From positions 94,180,001-94,244,000 of the forward strand of contig NC_086107.1 in NCBI RefSeq assembly GCF_963921235.1: a DNA stretch of 64,000 bases, read 5' to 3'. The position numbers and the translations under genes were made by a program. The DNA is from Mobula hypostoma. Lineage: Eukaryota. Shown piece after piece: positions 12,256 to 24,450 of this stretch (within the stretch, counting starts at the first letter, position 1; every line of letters starts with the position of its first letter). The notes beneath the pieces were generated by a model. It worked only from the letters and a program-made list of their open reading frames with translations, made no database searches and was not told the DNA's origin.

Positions 12256-13062
12256 ACACTCATTTTAACCAATTCTGACCTGGGCAAAGTCTCTGGCTGT
12301 CCACTCGATCCACGCCTCTGGGAATGTACATGGCAAGGTTAGTAGGTTTGTAGATGACACCAAAATCGGTGATATGGTGAATGGTGAATATGTTGTCTAA
12401 GGTTCCGACAGGACCTACTGGGAAAATGGCCAGAGGAATGACAGATGGAATTTCAACTGAAACAAGCATGAAGTGGTGCATTTTGGTAAGTTAAACCATG
12501 GCAGGACTTACTCAGTAAATAGCAGGTGTTGGTTTAGCAGGTAGAATTGTTATTTTTCATGTTTAAATTTCTTATGCTTGCTTGTATTTTTATGTATTTA
12601 TTTACTGAGATACTGCATGGAATAGGCCCTTCCAGTCCTTTGTCCACACCCCCAGCAATCCCCCGATTTAACCCTCGCCTAATCACAGGACAATTTACAC
12701 AGTCTTTGGACTGTGGGAGGAACTTGGGGCACCCGGAGAGAACCCACGTGGTCATGCAGAGAGAACACAAACTCCTTTATTCACCTATACACCTGTAATA
12801 CTTCAGTGAATTTTTCGGTAATTACGGTGCAGTTGCTTCCGTACTTTTCTAGAAACTTCTTACTTTTCATTCGCAGGTGCGACACGTCTTGATTCAGGAT
12901 ATTTTGTAGGTTAATTGCTATCAGTGGAATTTTGTTATTTCTAACCTGAATGTGATACGACCACAACTACTTTTCAGTCTGGTCTTTTTTCTTTGTTCTC
13001 TTGACGCTTCTTCTTTTTGCTCTTGTAACTTTTAACTAAACAGACATAGGCAACAAATTTGG

Positions 13063-13340
13063 AGCGGCACAGTAGCATGGAGGCTGGCACAGTGCTTCAC
13101 TGTACCAGCGACGCGGGTTCAATTTCCACTGCAGCCTGCAAGGAGTTTGTACGTTCTCCCCGTGACCGCATGGGTTTTCTCCTGGTGCTCCAGTTTCCTG
13201 CCACAGTCCAAAGATGTACCACTTGGTAGGTTAATTGGTCGTTGTAAATTCTCCTGTGATTTGGCTAGGATTAAATCGGGGGGTTGCTAGGTGATGTGAT
13301 CGAAGGGCCGGAATGGCCTACTCTATACTGCATCTCAATA
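13063..13340 (+). mobile_element. tRNA-derived V-SINE/HE1-like SINE; related copies at ~12600-12780(-), 27070-27290(-), 39115-39420(+), 43830-44080(-), 49880-50120(-), 50175-50450(+), 58460-58720(-)
   Basis: B-box-like gggttcaat, then the core ggagtttgtacgttctccccgtgacc...gggtttt...gtgctccagtttcct..cacagtccaaag, which recurs across the window. Confidence 0.75.
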
Positions 13341-14647
13341 AAATTTTACACCTCATTCTTGACTTCTGAAGCATCAGGATCCAACATGGGGCCCTGGAGA
13401 GTGTTGTTGGATGCAGACCAAGGGATACAAGGTGGTAAGACAAGTAAATGAGGGTGTTGAAGAAAGCATGTGGCACGCTGGGCTTCATCAGTCAGCACTG
13501 AGTACAAGAGTCGGCATATCATGTTAAAACAGAACAGAATAGAACTTTATTGTCATTGCTCAAGACAACGAGAATGAGGTTTTAATCCAGTCTGTGCAAA
13601 AACAGGTATTTACAATGCACTTAGTATGGTTAAATTTATTTTAAAATCCCATATTTATATGCAACACGTGACTTTGAAAATCCATAACACTCAAAGGCCA
13701 TTGGCAAACTGGGGTGTAGCATTATTCAGCTGCACAACAGCTCTTGGGACGAAGCTGTTTTTCGGTCTTACTGTCTTGGTTCCCTCTCAAAGTCCATTCC
13801 TCCATCCCCATCGAGAGAGGTGGAAGTAGGTAAGGCCGGCCAACAGGGCTCTGGTGGAGCTGTGTAGGCCAATCCCCTGTGCAGTGCACACGATGGATTG
13901 CAGAAACATTGATGAACTCCAACCAGACCATCGACTTTGGACGGATGGAGACGGGAGGTCATCAATGGGAGCCAAGGACCCAAGAAGAAGAAGGGGACTG
14001 TCTTGGCTAAGATATTTCTGTACAGTTGTAAAAGCAGAAGGTATATAGAAATGGGAGAGTTTTCAAGGGGATCTGAGGGGTAAATTGAGCTGCCAGAAGA
14101 GGTGGTGGAGACAGGCGCAGAGCCCAAAATCCACTCCCCCTGCTGAAAATAAAGTAGAGACACTAGCATCAAAACCCCCTCCTCGTCACTATTTTTTTCT
14201 GCAGAGGTGGGAGGAGTTTGATGCTATTGTCACTGTTTTTTTTCAGTGGGGGCGGGGAGTTTTGGGGACTGTGAGTTTTGTCTCTTTACTTTTTCATGCC
14301 GGTCTTTCCTGGCCATCTGGAGAAGACAGATATCAGAATTGTATTGTACATCATACTTTGACAATAGAATGAACCTTTGAACGTTGAACAGGAAGGATAT
14401 AAAAGAGGCTTTGGGACAGGTTCGTGAATAAACAGGGCATAGAAGGATACGGAATTGATGCAGACAAGTGGGCTAGCATAGATGTGGTGAGGCAAATGGC
14501 CCGTTTCTAAGCTAAAAAAAAAACTCTATGGGTCTAATACAGACAAACATTTTAATTCTGATTTCCATTCCTGTTCTGACATGTCAGCCCATGACCTCCT
14601 CTTCTACCGAAATGAGGCTATCCTCAGGGTGGATGAGCAACACCTTA

Positions 14648-16257
14648 CAATGGTGCTAGAAAGTTTGCGAACCCTGCAGAATTTTCTCTATTTCTACATA
14701 TATATGATCTAAAATGTGATCAAATCTTCACTGAAGTCCTAAAACTAGATAAAGAGAACACAATTAAATAAATAACACAAAAAAACATTGTACTTGCTCA
14801 TTTATTTATTGAGAAAAATGATCCAATATTGCATGTATTTTATTGGGAAAAGTATGTGAACCCTTGCTTTCAGTACCTGGTGTGACTCCCTTGTACAGCA
14901 ATAACTTCAACCAAACATTTCCAGTGACTGTTGATCAGACCTGCACATCAGCTTGGAGGAATTTTAGGCCATTCCTCCTTACAAAACTGCTTCAACTCTG
15001 GGATGTTGGTGGGTTTCCTTGCATGAACTGCTTGCTTCAGGTCCTTCCACAACATTTTTATAGGATTAAGGTCAGGACTTTGACTCAGCCATTCCAAAAC
15101 ATGAATCTTCTTCTTTTTAAACTATTCTGTTGTTGATTTACCCTTGCCTTTCATTGTCTTGTGGCATTATCCAACTTCTATTAAGCTTCAGGTGACAGAT
15201 TGCTACCATGACATTCTTCTGTAAAATGGCTTGATACAATTTTGAATTCACTGTCCCCTCAACGATTACAAGCTGCCCAGGCCCTGGGGCAGCAAAGCAG
15301 CCCCAAACCATAATGCTCCTTCCACCAAGCTTCACAGTTGGAATGATGTTTTGATGTTGGTGTGAAGTGCCCTTTTACCTCCAAACATAGCAATGTGCAT
15401 TTCTGCCAAAAATACTCAATTTCTGTCTCATCTGTGAACAGAACATTGCCCCAGAAGTGTTGTGGAACATCCAGGTGGCCTTTTGCAAACTTGAGACGTG
15501 CAGCAACGTTTTTTTTTTGGAGAGCAGTGGTTTCCTCCGTGGTTACTTCCATGAACACTATTCTTGTTCAGTGTTTTTCTTATAGTGGACACATGAAGAG
15601 AGACTTCAGCAAGTTCTCGAGATTTCTGCAGGGGTTTTGCTGTTACCCTTGGGTTCTTTTTCACCTCATTCAGCTTTACACATTGTGCTCTTGGTGTGAT
15701 CTTTGAAGGATGCCCACTCTTAGGGAGAGTAGCAACAGTACTAAATTTCCTCCATTTGTAGACAATTTCCCTTACTGTGGACTGATGATCACTCAGGTCT
15801 TTAGAAATGATTTTGTAGCTTTTCCAACTTCATGCAGTCTTCTAAAGTCCTCTGAAAGTTGTTTTGACTGAGGCACGGTGCACATAAACAGATCTTTCTT
15901 GAGAAGAGCCAGCTGTGTCAGTAACCTGACTTCGTGCAGCTTTTTTATAGGGCAGGGCACCTCTACAACCCACACCAACAATCTCATCTCATTGATTGGA
16001 ATACCTGACTCCAAATAGCTTTTGTAGAAGGCATTACCCCAGAGGTTCGCATACTTTTTCCAACAAATACATGTAATATTGGATCATTTTTCTCAATAAA
16101 TCAATGAACAAGTATCATGTTTGTTTGTGTTATGTATTTAATTGGGTTCTCTTTATCGAGTTTTAGAACTTACATGAAGATCTAATTACATTTTAGGCCA
16201 TTTTTATGCAGAAACAGAGAAAATTCTACAGGGTTCACAAACTTTCTAGCACCACCG
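14648..16257 (-). mobile_element. Tc1-family DNA transposon, full length (1.6 kb), degraded transposase
   Basis: Long (~200-bp) inverted repeats (caatggtgctagaaagtttg ... caaactttctagcaccaccg) with TA at 14646-47 and 16258-59. Minus-strand motifs KNPRVT, LFTDET, GGRSIMVWGCF, QDN, SPDLNPI. Confidence 0.95.
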
Positions 16258-17654
16258 TATATTTCATTTGGGTAGCCTCCAACCAGATGGCGTGAATATC
16301 GGTTTCTCCTTTCAGTAAAAAAAAATTACCTTTACCTCCCTTCTTCTTCTCTTCCCCACTCTGGCCTCTTTCTTCTTATCACCTGCCTATCACCTCCTCC
16401 TAGGTCCTCTCCTCCTTCCCTTTCCCCTACGGTCCACTCTCCTCTCCTATCAGATTCCTTCCTCTCCAGCCCTTTACCTTTCCCACCCGCCTGGCTTCAC
16501 CTATTACCGTCTAGCCATCCTCCTTCCCCTTCCCCCCAGCTTTTTATTCTAGCATCTTCTCCCTTCCTTTCCAGTCCTGAAGAAGAGTCTCGGCCCGAAA
16601 CGTCAGCTGTTTGTTTATTTCCAAAGATGCTGCCTGACCTGCTGAGTTCCTCCAACGTTTTGTGTGTGTGTTGCTTTGGATTTCCAGCATCTGCAGAATC
16701 CCTTAGTCTAATATTTTCCTTTTGAGTTTTCTTTAACACACTCGGGAGGCAATTTGAACCAGGCTGTAGTTTTGGGTGTTCAGCAGTTTGCTCATAGCCA
16801 GTGCTTTACATATTTACAAATACATACACCACATTGCTTCCCCTCTGCCGTAGCAGGTCTTACATGTGTACAACAATCGTAGGCTCAGTCTGTTAACAGG
16901 CTCACAAGTTAACAGACACTCCAGACTTAACTGCACTTGTCCCGCTGGCATTTTAGTTACTTCTCAGTCATAAGCACTGTATGTTTTGGTGTACTGGTGA
17001 TGTGTTAGGCTGACAGAGGTACCGTATCCTGTGCTCTTCAGTTTCCCAGTGGCCACCCATTTTAATTCTGCTTCCCATTTCCATTCCGACGTGTCGGTCC
17101 ATGACCTCCACTGCTCCCACAATGAGGCCACTCTCAGGGTGGAGGGGCAACACCTCATGTTGCAACCTGATGGCATGAACGTCAATTTCTCTAACTTCTG
17201 GTAATTTCTCCCTCCCCCGCCATCTCTTTTTCCATTTTCCATTCTGGTTCCTCTCTCACCCCTTCTCTTCTCAACGGTCCAACACCTCCCTCTGGTGCCC
17301 CTCCTCCTTCCCTTTCTCCAGTGGTCCTGACCTATCAGATTCCTTCTTCTTCAGCCCTTTATCTCTTCCACCTATCATCTCCCTCATCCAGTCTCACCTA
17401 TCAGCTGCCAGCTTCCACTCCTTCCCCTCCCCCATCCCCTTATTCTGTCTTCTGCCTCCTTCGGTTCCAGTCCCGATGAAGGGTCTCAACCCAGAAAAGT
17501 CGTTTGTTTATTCCTCTCCGTAGATGCTGCCTGACCCGCTGAACTCTTCTGACAGTTCTTTCGTGCGCGTTACACTTTGATGATTAGTTCTCAGACTTTC
17601 TTGCAGCACACATCACCATTTGTCCCGTCTAAGTTCCGAGCAGTCCCATTCCAT

Positions 17655-17875
17655 AAGACCATAAGACAAAGGAGCAGAAGGCTGCCATTCGGCCCATCGA
17701 GTCTGCTCCACCATTTTATCACGAGCTGATCCATTCTCCCATTTAGTCCCACTCCCCCACCTTCTCACCATAACCTTTGATGCCCTGGCTACTCAGATAC
17801 CTATCAATCTCTGCCTTAAATACACCCAATGACTTAGCCTCCACTGCCGCCCGTGGCAACAAATTCCACAGATTC
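17655..17875 (-). mobile_element. Young CR1 3' end
   Basis: Closely matches the reverse complement of 56360-56583. Confidence 0.85.
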
Positions 17876-18341
17876 CTCCACTTATTTCCCTGGAACATTT
17901 TAGAACATAAGACTTGCTCCTCACATTCCCTCTAAAATCAGGTGCTTGACATTTCTCTCCAGGGGGAAAGATTCCAACACTCTACTCTATCCCTGCCTCT
18001 CATAATTTTATAAACTTCTATCAGATCTGCCTTCAACCTCCGACGCTCCAGAGAAAACACCCCGGCTTGGCAGGCATGTTTACGAGGCATGTGCACATTG
18101 ATGTGGATGATAATAATCTTGATCACGGATTCCCAAACTAGAGTCCATCATGGCTTTGGTCCGTGACATAAAAAAAGTCGTGACCCCCTGCTCTAGAGGG
18201 CTATAGGACAAGTGCTGGGAAATGAGATTATCCTGAATACAAATCTAGGGCAACATGGATACAGATGGGCCGAAGAGCCTTTTCCCATGCCGTGCAAGTC
18301 TGTGACTCAATGAGCAGTTCTGATGAAGTGTCTCAGCCCAA

Positions 18342-19285
18342 AAGGGAAGGGGTAGAGGAAGGGGAGAAGGGGGAGTGGAGAAGGGGAGGGGAAGGGAGGG
18401 GAAGGGGGGGAAGGGGAGGGGAAGGGGAGAGGGGAAGGGGAGAGGGGAAGGGGAGAGGGGAAGGGGAGGGGGTAGAGGAAGGGGAGTGGAGAAGGGGAGG
18501 GGAAGGGAGGTGGAAGAGGAGGGGAAGGGGAGAGAGGAAGGGGAAAGGGGAAGGGGAGAGGGGAAGGGGAGAGGGGAAGGGGAAAGGGGAAGGGGAGGGG
18601 GTAGAGGAAGGGGAGTGGAGAAGGGGAGGGGAAGGGGAGAGGGGAAGGGGAGAGGGGAAGGGGAGAGGGGAAGGGGAAAGGGGAAGGGGAGAGGGGAAGG
18701 GGAGAGGGGAAGGGGAGAGGGGAAGGGGAGAGGGGAAGGGGAAAGGGGAAGGGGAGGGGGTAGAGGAAGGGGAGTGGAGAAGGGGAGGGGAAGGGGAAAG
18801 GGGAGAGGGGAAGGGGAGAGGGGAAGGGGAGAGGGGAAGGGGAAAGGGGAAGCGGAGGGGGTAGAGGAAGGGGAGTGGAGAAGGGGAGGGGAAGGGAGGT
18901 GGAAGAGGAGGGGAAGGGGAGAGAGGAAGGGGAGAGGGGAAGGGGAGAAGGGGGAGTGGAGAAGGGGAGGGGAAGGGAGGGGAAGGGGAGGGGAAGGGGA
19001 GAGGGGAAGGGGAGAGGGGAAGGGGAGAGGGGAAGGGGAAAGGGGAAAGGGAGGGGGTAGAGGAAGGGGAGTGGAGAAGGGGAGGGGAAGGGAGGTGGAA
19101 GAGGAGGGGAAGGGGAGAGAGGAAGGGGAGAGGGGAAGGGGAGAAGGGGGAGTGGAGAAGGGGAGGGGAAGGGGAGAGGGGAAGAGGAGGGGGTAGAGGA
19201 AGGGGAGAAGGGGGAGTGGAGAAGGGGAGGGGAAGAGGGAGGGGGAACAGGAGGAGGAAGGGGAGGGGGAGAGAGGGAGGTGGAA
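18342..19285. repeat. ~940-bp polypurine (G/A) low-complexity tract with higher-order repeats
   Basis: GGGGAA/GGGGAG hexamers with recurrent markers GGGGTAGAGGAAGGGGAGTGGAGAAGGGG. Almost no pyrimidines on the + strand. Confidence 0.95.
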
Positions 19286-19289
19286 AAAC

Positions 19290-19900
19290 AGAGTTTCATG
19301 ACCCGATTCTCATTGGGGGATCCGAAGCAGAGAGGGTCAACAACTTTAATTTCTTTGGTGTTAGTATTTCAGAGGATCTGTCCTGGGCCCAGTACGTAAG
19401 TGCAATTATCAAGAAAGCACAGCAGAGCTCATATCTCCTTTGGAGTTTGCGAAGGTGTGGCATGAAGTTTTAGATTTTGACATTTTAGATGTGTGATGGA
19501 GAGTATATTAACTCGGTTGCATCACGGTCTGGTATGGAATCAACATTGCCCTTGAATGAATACTCCTATGGATACGGTTCAGTCCATCACAGATAAAACC
19601 CTCCCAACAACTGAGCACACCTACACAGAGCCCTGCTGCAGGAGAGCAGCATCCATCACTGGGGACCCTCACTTCCCAGGCCCTGCTCGCTTCTCGCTGC
19701 CACCGTCAGGAAGAAGGTGCAGGAGCCGCAGGATTCACACCACCAGGCTCAGGGACAGTTACTACCCCTCAACCATCAGGCTCTCGAACCAGGGGGGATA
19801 ACTTCACTTGCCTCATCACTGAACTGTTTCCACAACCTATGGACCCACTTTCAAGGACTCTTCAAAACAAGTTCTCGATATTTATTGTCTATTTATTGAT
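19290..19900 (+). mobile_element. Rex1/Babar-type LINE 3' fragment
   Basis: ERVNNFNFFGVSISEDLSW, KKAQQ, LPPSGRR.RS.R..TTRLRDSYYP. Confidence 0.8.
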
Positions 19901-20589
19901 TACTATTTTTTTTTCTCAACTCAATCTGGTAAAACCTAAGGTATGGGCAAAGCCAAGCATTTGTCAATTGCTAGGAACTTTCAGACTATTATTTTTTTTT
20001 CTTTTTGAATCAGTAGTTTATTGTCTTCTGCACACTGATTGAATGCCAAAGTTGGTGCAGTCTTTCACTGATTCTATTATGGTTATTGGACTTGCTGAGC
20101 TCAGGATTGTATATGGTGACATATATATATTTTGATAATAAATTTACTCTGGTTGCTAGCACTGTAAAGCGTCGTGCTAACAGCCACACTACCGTGGGCC
20201 CATCCCAAGGACTGCCTCCTTCGACAGGGTCCCAGAGAAGTTGTACACCAGGGTAGGTCACAGCTGGGAGTGTGAGGGAGAGAATAACTACATCGGACTC
20301 TGGACCCAAATAAGGAACTGAAGGCTTTGTCAGTAAGCCTGGACACCGCTCTGTAGCCGGGTGTGTGGTAGATTTGACGTCACCCAACTTCCACCCGCCA
20401 AGGGGAAGATTGCTCAGTTCCTCTTTCTTCCCTGTGGTCACTGAGAACTCAGGAAGTCAGGGACAGTAGGAGAATGTAATCACTGGATGCTGGAGCTTGT
20501 CAGAGCTGCGGAATGCTTTCACGTAGAATTGGACTAAAGGACCTTAAATGGTTAGAGAGTCTGACCTCACTGCTCCTTAACATGTTTAA

Positions 20590-20930
20590 TTGCTCTGGGC
20601 CTATACTCACTTGAGTTTAGAAGAATAAGTGTGGGGGGGGGGGTCTCATTGAAATCTATTAAATATTGAAAGGCCTAGACAGAGTGGATGTGGAGAGGAT
20701 GTTTCCTGTAGTCGGGGAGCCGAGGACCAGAGGGCACAGCCTCAGAATAGGAAGAACAGAGATGAGGAGGAATTTCTTTAGCCAGAAGGTGGTGAATCTG
20801 TGGAATTCATTGCCACAGGCGGCTGTTGAGGCCAAGTCATTGGGTACATTTAAAGCGGAGGTGGATAGACTCTTCATTAGGAAGGTGTCAAAGGTAATGG
20901 GAAGAAGGCTGGGGAATGGGATTGAGAGGG
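20590..20930 (+). mobile_element. CR1 LINE 3' fragment
   Basis: KGLDRVDVERMFPVVGE.RTRGHSLRI...RNFFSQKVVNLWNSLP. Confidence 0.85.
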
Positions 20931-20974
20931 AGAGTAAACTAAGAGATGATTGTGGGCTTCGAGGAGGCACAGGC

Positions 20975-22150
20975 CAACCCCTCTCCACTGCACATCAATG
21001 GCTCCGTTGTGGAGAGAGGGAAAAGCATAGAGTTCCTTGGCGTGCACGTAACAGATGATCTACACATCCTCATTGGTCAAGAAGGCACTGCCAGCATTTA
21101 CACTTTTTGAGGAGATCGAGGTGTGCAAGGCTTCCTGCCACCATTCCAATGGGTTTCAACAGGAGCATCATCGAGATTCTGTCCGGTTGCGTCACTGTGT
21201 GATACAGAAACTGCAAGGCATCGGACAGCAGGAGGACAGAGGACAGTAAAAACTGCCGAGAGACTACAGCTGCCACCCCGTTTCCCATTGGTGACATTTG
21301 CTGGGAGCGTTGTATACGAAGGGCCCAAAACATTGTTGAGGATCCCTGCCATCCTTCCCCAATCCCTGACTCACTACCATCAGGAAGAGGTACAGGAGCA
21401 TCAGGACTAGGACGGCCAGACTGGGTAACAGCTTCTTCCCCCAGTCTGTGAGACTAATGAGTACCCTGCCACTACCGAGGCCCCATCCTTCCAGCGCCCA
21501 GGACAGTAACGGTTACTGGCCTAAACAATTACTGCCGGTGGCACTGACTTCCACAATCATGAAGGGCTTTGAGTGGCTGGTAACCGATCACATAAAATCC
21601 CACCTTCCAACTATATTGGACCCTCTCCAGTTCGCCTACCGCTCAAACTGATGATACCATAGCCTCAACCCTCCACTTTGTCCTGTCCCACCTAGAAAAC
21701 AATGTTGTTCACCGACTTCAGCTTGGCGTTGAACACCATCATCCCTCAGAAGCTGCTGGGTAAACTGTCCTCACTGGGACTCAACGCCCCCCTCTGTAAC
21801 AGGATCTAGGACGTCTTAATGGAAAGACTGGGAAGACCCCAGTCAGTCCGAGTTAACAGCAAAGTCTGTAGCTCCAACATGCTGAGTACTGGTGACCCCA
21901 GGGTCGTGTGCTCAGGCTACTGCTGCTGCTGTTCACGTCGCTGACTGGCGACTGCGCCGCCGGATTCATTATCGAGTGTGCTGACGATACAACAGTGGCC
22001 GGCCCCATCAGCCGGCATACAGCGAGGAGGTAGAGAGGCTTGTCGAATGGTGGGAGAACAACCTGAGTCTCAAACAGGGGCAAGACAAAAGAGGTGATTG
22101 TGGACCTCAGGAGGGCACAGGGCAACCACTCTCCATTGCGGGAGAGGGAT
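20975..22150 (+). mobile_element. Rex1/Babar-type LINE fragments (C-terminal piece followed by an RT-core piece)
   Basis: PVALTSTIMKGFEWLV..HIK..LP..LDPLQFAYRSN; degenerate PQG and ADD motifs. Confidence 0.75.
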
Positions 22151-22809
22151 GAGGCAACAGCAGCCACAATGAGTGGCTTAGTAGGGTGACAAAGACTTTG
22201 TCTCGTATGCTATTGGCTATGGCTGCCATGAGCCTGCAGGGTGTGGTGGGCTGAGGCAGGAAGTCATGAGCTGAACATATAGGGGAACACCCAGCGACAG
22301 CTGGTAACCTTGTGGAGTCTGAACAACATAGGACTGGCTGTGTTAGTAAGAAATTACAGAGCTGCGTAGTTCGCAGCTCTGTTAAACCAATTCACACTCG
22401 GTGCCCACTTTATTTGGCACAGGAGTGGAACTCGGTGAGGTCTTCTACTGCTGTAGACCATCCTCTTCAAGGTGTGATGTGTTGTGCGTTCAGAGATGCT
22501 CTTCTGCACACCGCTGTTGTAACACATGGGTATTTGAGTTACGCACAGCATAATCAGTCTGGCCATTACCCACTGACCTCTCTCGTTTTACAGAGCTGCC
22601 GCTCACTGGATGATTTTTTTTTTGTTTTTCACACCATAAACTCTAGAGACTGCTGTGTGTGAAAATCCCAGGAGATCAGCAGTTTTTGAGATACTCAAAC
22701 CTCTCCATCTGGCAATAGAGACCCACATCAGAATCGGGTTTATCATCACTCACATATGTCATGAAATGTGTTTCTTTTTGCAGAAACAGTACAATACATA
22801 AAGTTACTA

Positions 22810-23385
22810 CAGTACAATGCAAAAGTCTTAGGCACCCTAGACTTTTTTTAACATAAATTTCGTTTTAGATGCTTTTTTTAAAATCTTCTGCATTCGTGTG
22901 TCAGTTGAAAGGAGCTAATTTTAGATCTCCAAATGTTGATTTTCCAAAAAAAGGCAATGTTAAAGGGAAACACACCGCCAAAGTCATAAAGAACTATCTT
23001 CAGCGAAAAGAACAAGGAGTCCTACATCAGATGGTATGGCCTCTACAGAGCCCTGATCTCAACAAATCCAGGCTGTCTGGGGTTACCTGGAGAGACAGAA
23101 GCAAGTGAGACTACCAAAGTCTTCAGAAGAACTGTGACAAGTTCTTCAAGATGCTTGGATCAACCTACCAGCTGATTTTCTTATAAAACTGCACAACAGT
23201 GTACCTAAAAGCAGTTTTAAGGCAAAGGGTGTTCATACCAAATACTGATTTGATTTAGATTTTACTGTTTACTGATTTAAAAATTTTTTTTATTTTTAGA
23301 AACGTTTCATTTCATTATTTATGAAATCATCTTGGCTTCATTGAATCTTTTTATACATATACATAAGACTTTTACACAGTACTAT
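22810..23385 (+). mobile_element. Internally deleted Tc1-like element (second family)
   Basis: Ends gcaaaagtcttagg / taagacttttacacag. Transposase remnant KHTAKVIKNYL...WPLQSPDLN. Confidence 0.75.
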
Positions 23386-23599
23386 ACATGACAGACTCAA
23401 TGTTGGCATCCAAGCACCTTCCCATATTCTGACTTAACAAGTTCTCCAATCTGTGCGACTCCTTATCAATGCAATCAGTCCTTGATGCTCATACAGGTCC
23501 TTCCAGAGTTGACCAGCCTGAATTTGGCGTATCCTCTGCTGGGCTTCTGCAGTGTGGTCAACTTGATAATTCAAGAAAGAAAGCAGGGCGGTTGTCCAT

Positions 23600-24200
23600 G
23601 CAACAACACCCTTGCACTCAACGTCAGTAAGACCAAGGAATTGACTGCGAATTCAAGATGGGGAAGTGGGGAGACCACACAGCAATTCTCATCGAGGGGT
23701 CACAATGAAAACGGTGAGCAGCCTCAGATTCCTGGGCCTCTCACCTCAGAGGATCTATGTTGGGCCCGACAGGTTGACACAAGTACTAAGAAGGCATGCC
23801 AGCAGTTCCACTTCATTAGGAGTTTGAGGAGATTTGATATTCCACCAGTTGCTGCAGAGGTACCGTAGAGAGCGTTCCGACTGGCTGCATCAGCACCTAG
23901 CATGTGGGCTTCAAAGCACAGGGTCGCTAGAGGCTGCAGCCAACTTCATCACGGACACAACCCTCTCCACCACCGAGGACCACCTTCAAGGGCCCTTGCC
24001 TCCAGAGGCAGCATCCACCAGTAAGGACCCTCGCCATCCAGGACATGTCCTCTTCTCATTACAATCAGGGAGGTGGTACATGAGGCTGAAGACCCACACT
24101 CAGCATTTTAAGAAGACCTTCATCCCCTCTACCATCGGATTTCTTAACAGTCCATGAACCCATTCACATCACCTCATTATTCTGCTCTCATTTTTGCATT
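23600..24200 (+). mobile_element. Rex1/Babar-type LINE 3' fragment
   Basis: LALNVSKTKEL, KKACQQFHFIRSLRRF, KDPRHPGH.LFSL.SGR. Confidence 0.75.
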
Positions 24201-24224
24201 ATATATATTTTTTTAATATGCTGG

Positions 24225-24450
24225 CTGGTGGCGCAGTGACATCAGCGCCGGACTCCGGAGCGAAGGTTCCCGAGTTCGAATCCAGTCGGGCCGCTCCCGG
24301 GCGCGCTTTCCATCCGTGCCAGGTCGAGTGTCGAGCTCGCAACTTGGCCTCGTAAAACAAACTGCACTGTGAGAAGGACGTGGGGGACCACTCACAGAAT
24401 CTTTCCTCCAAGACAACCACTTGAAAAGTGGTCGCTGAGGCTCTGGCAGA
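24225..24450 (+). mobile_element. Young tRNA-derived SINE with intact Pol III A and B boxes
   Basis: A box TGGCGCAGTG and B box GAGTTCGAATCC, CpG-rich, inserted in an AT-rich LINE tail. Confidence 0.75.

Noticed and set aside
18265..19299. Long ORFs of 199-330 aa (Gly/Glu/Arg-rich or Pro/Ser/Leu-rich)
   Set aside because: Artefacts of the stop-free polypurine tract; there is no splice or domain evidence.
24225..24300. tRNA gene
   Set aside because: A and B boxes are present, but there is no convincing cloverleaf or oligo-T terminator and the sequence continues into a SINE body.
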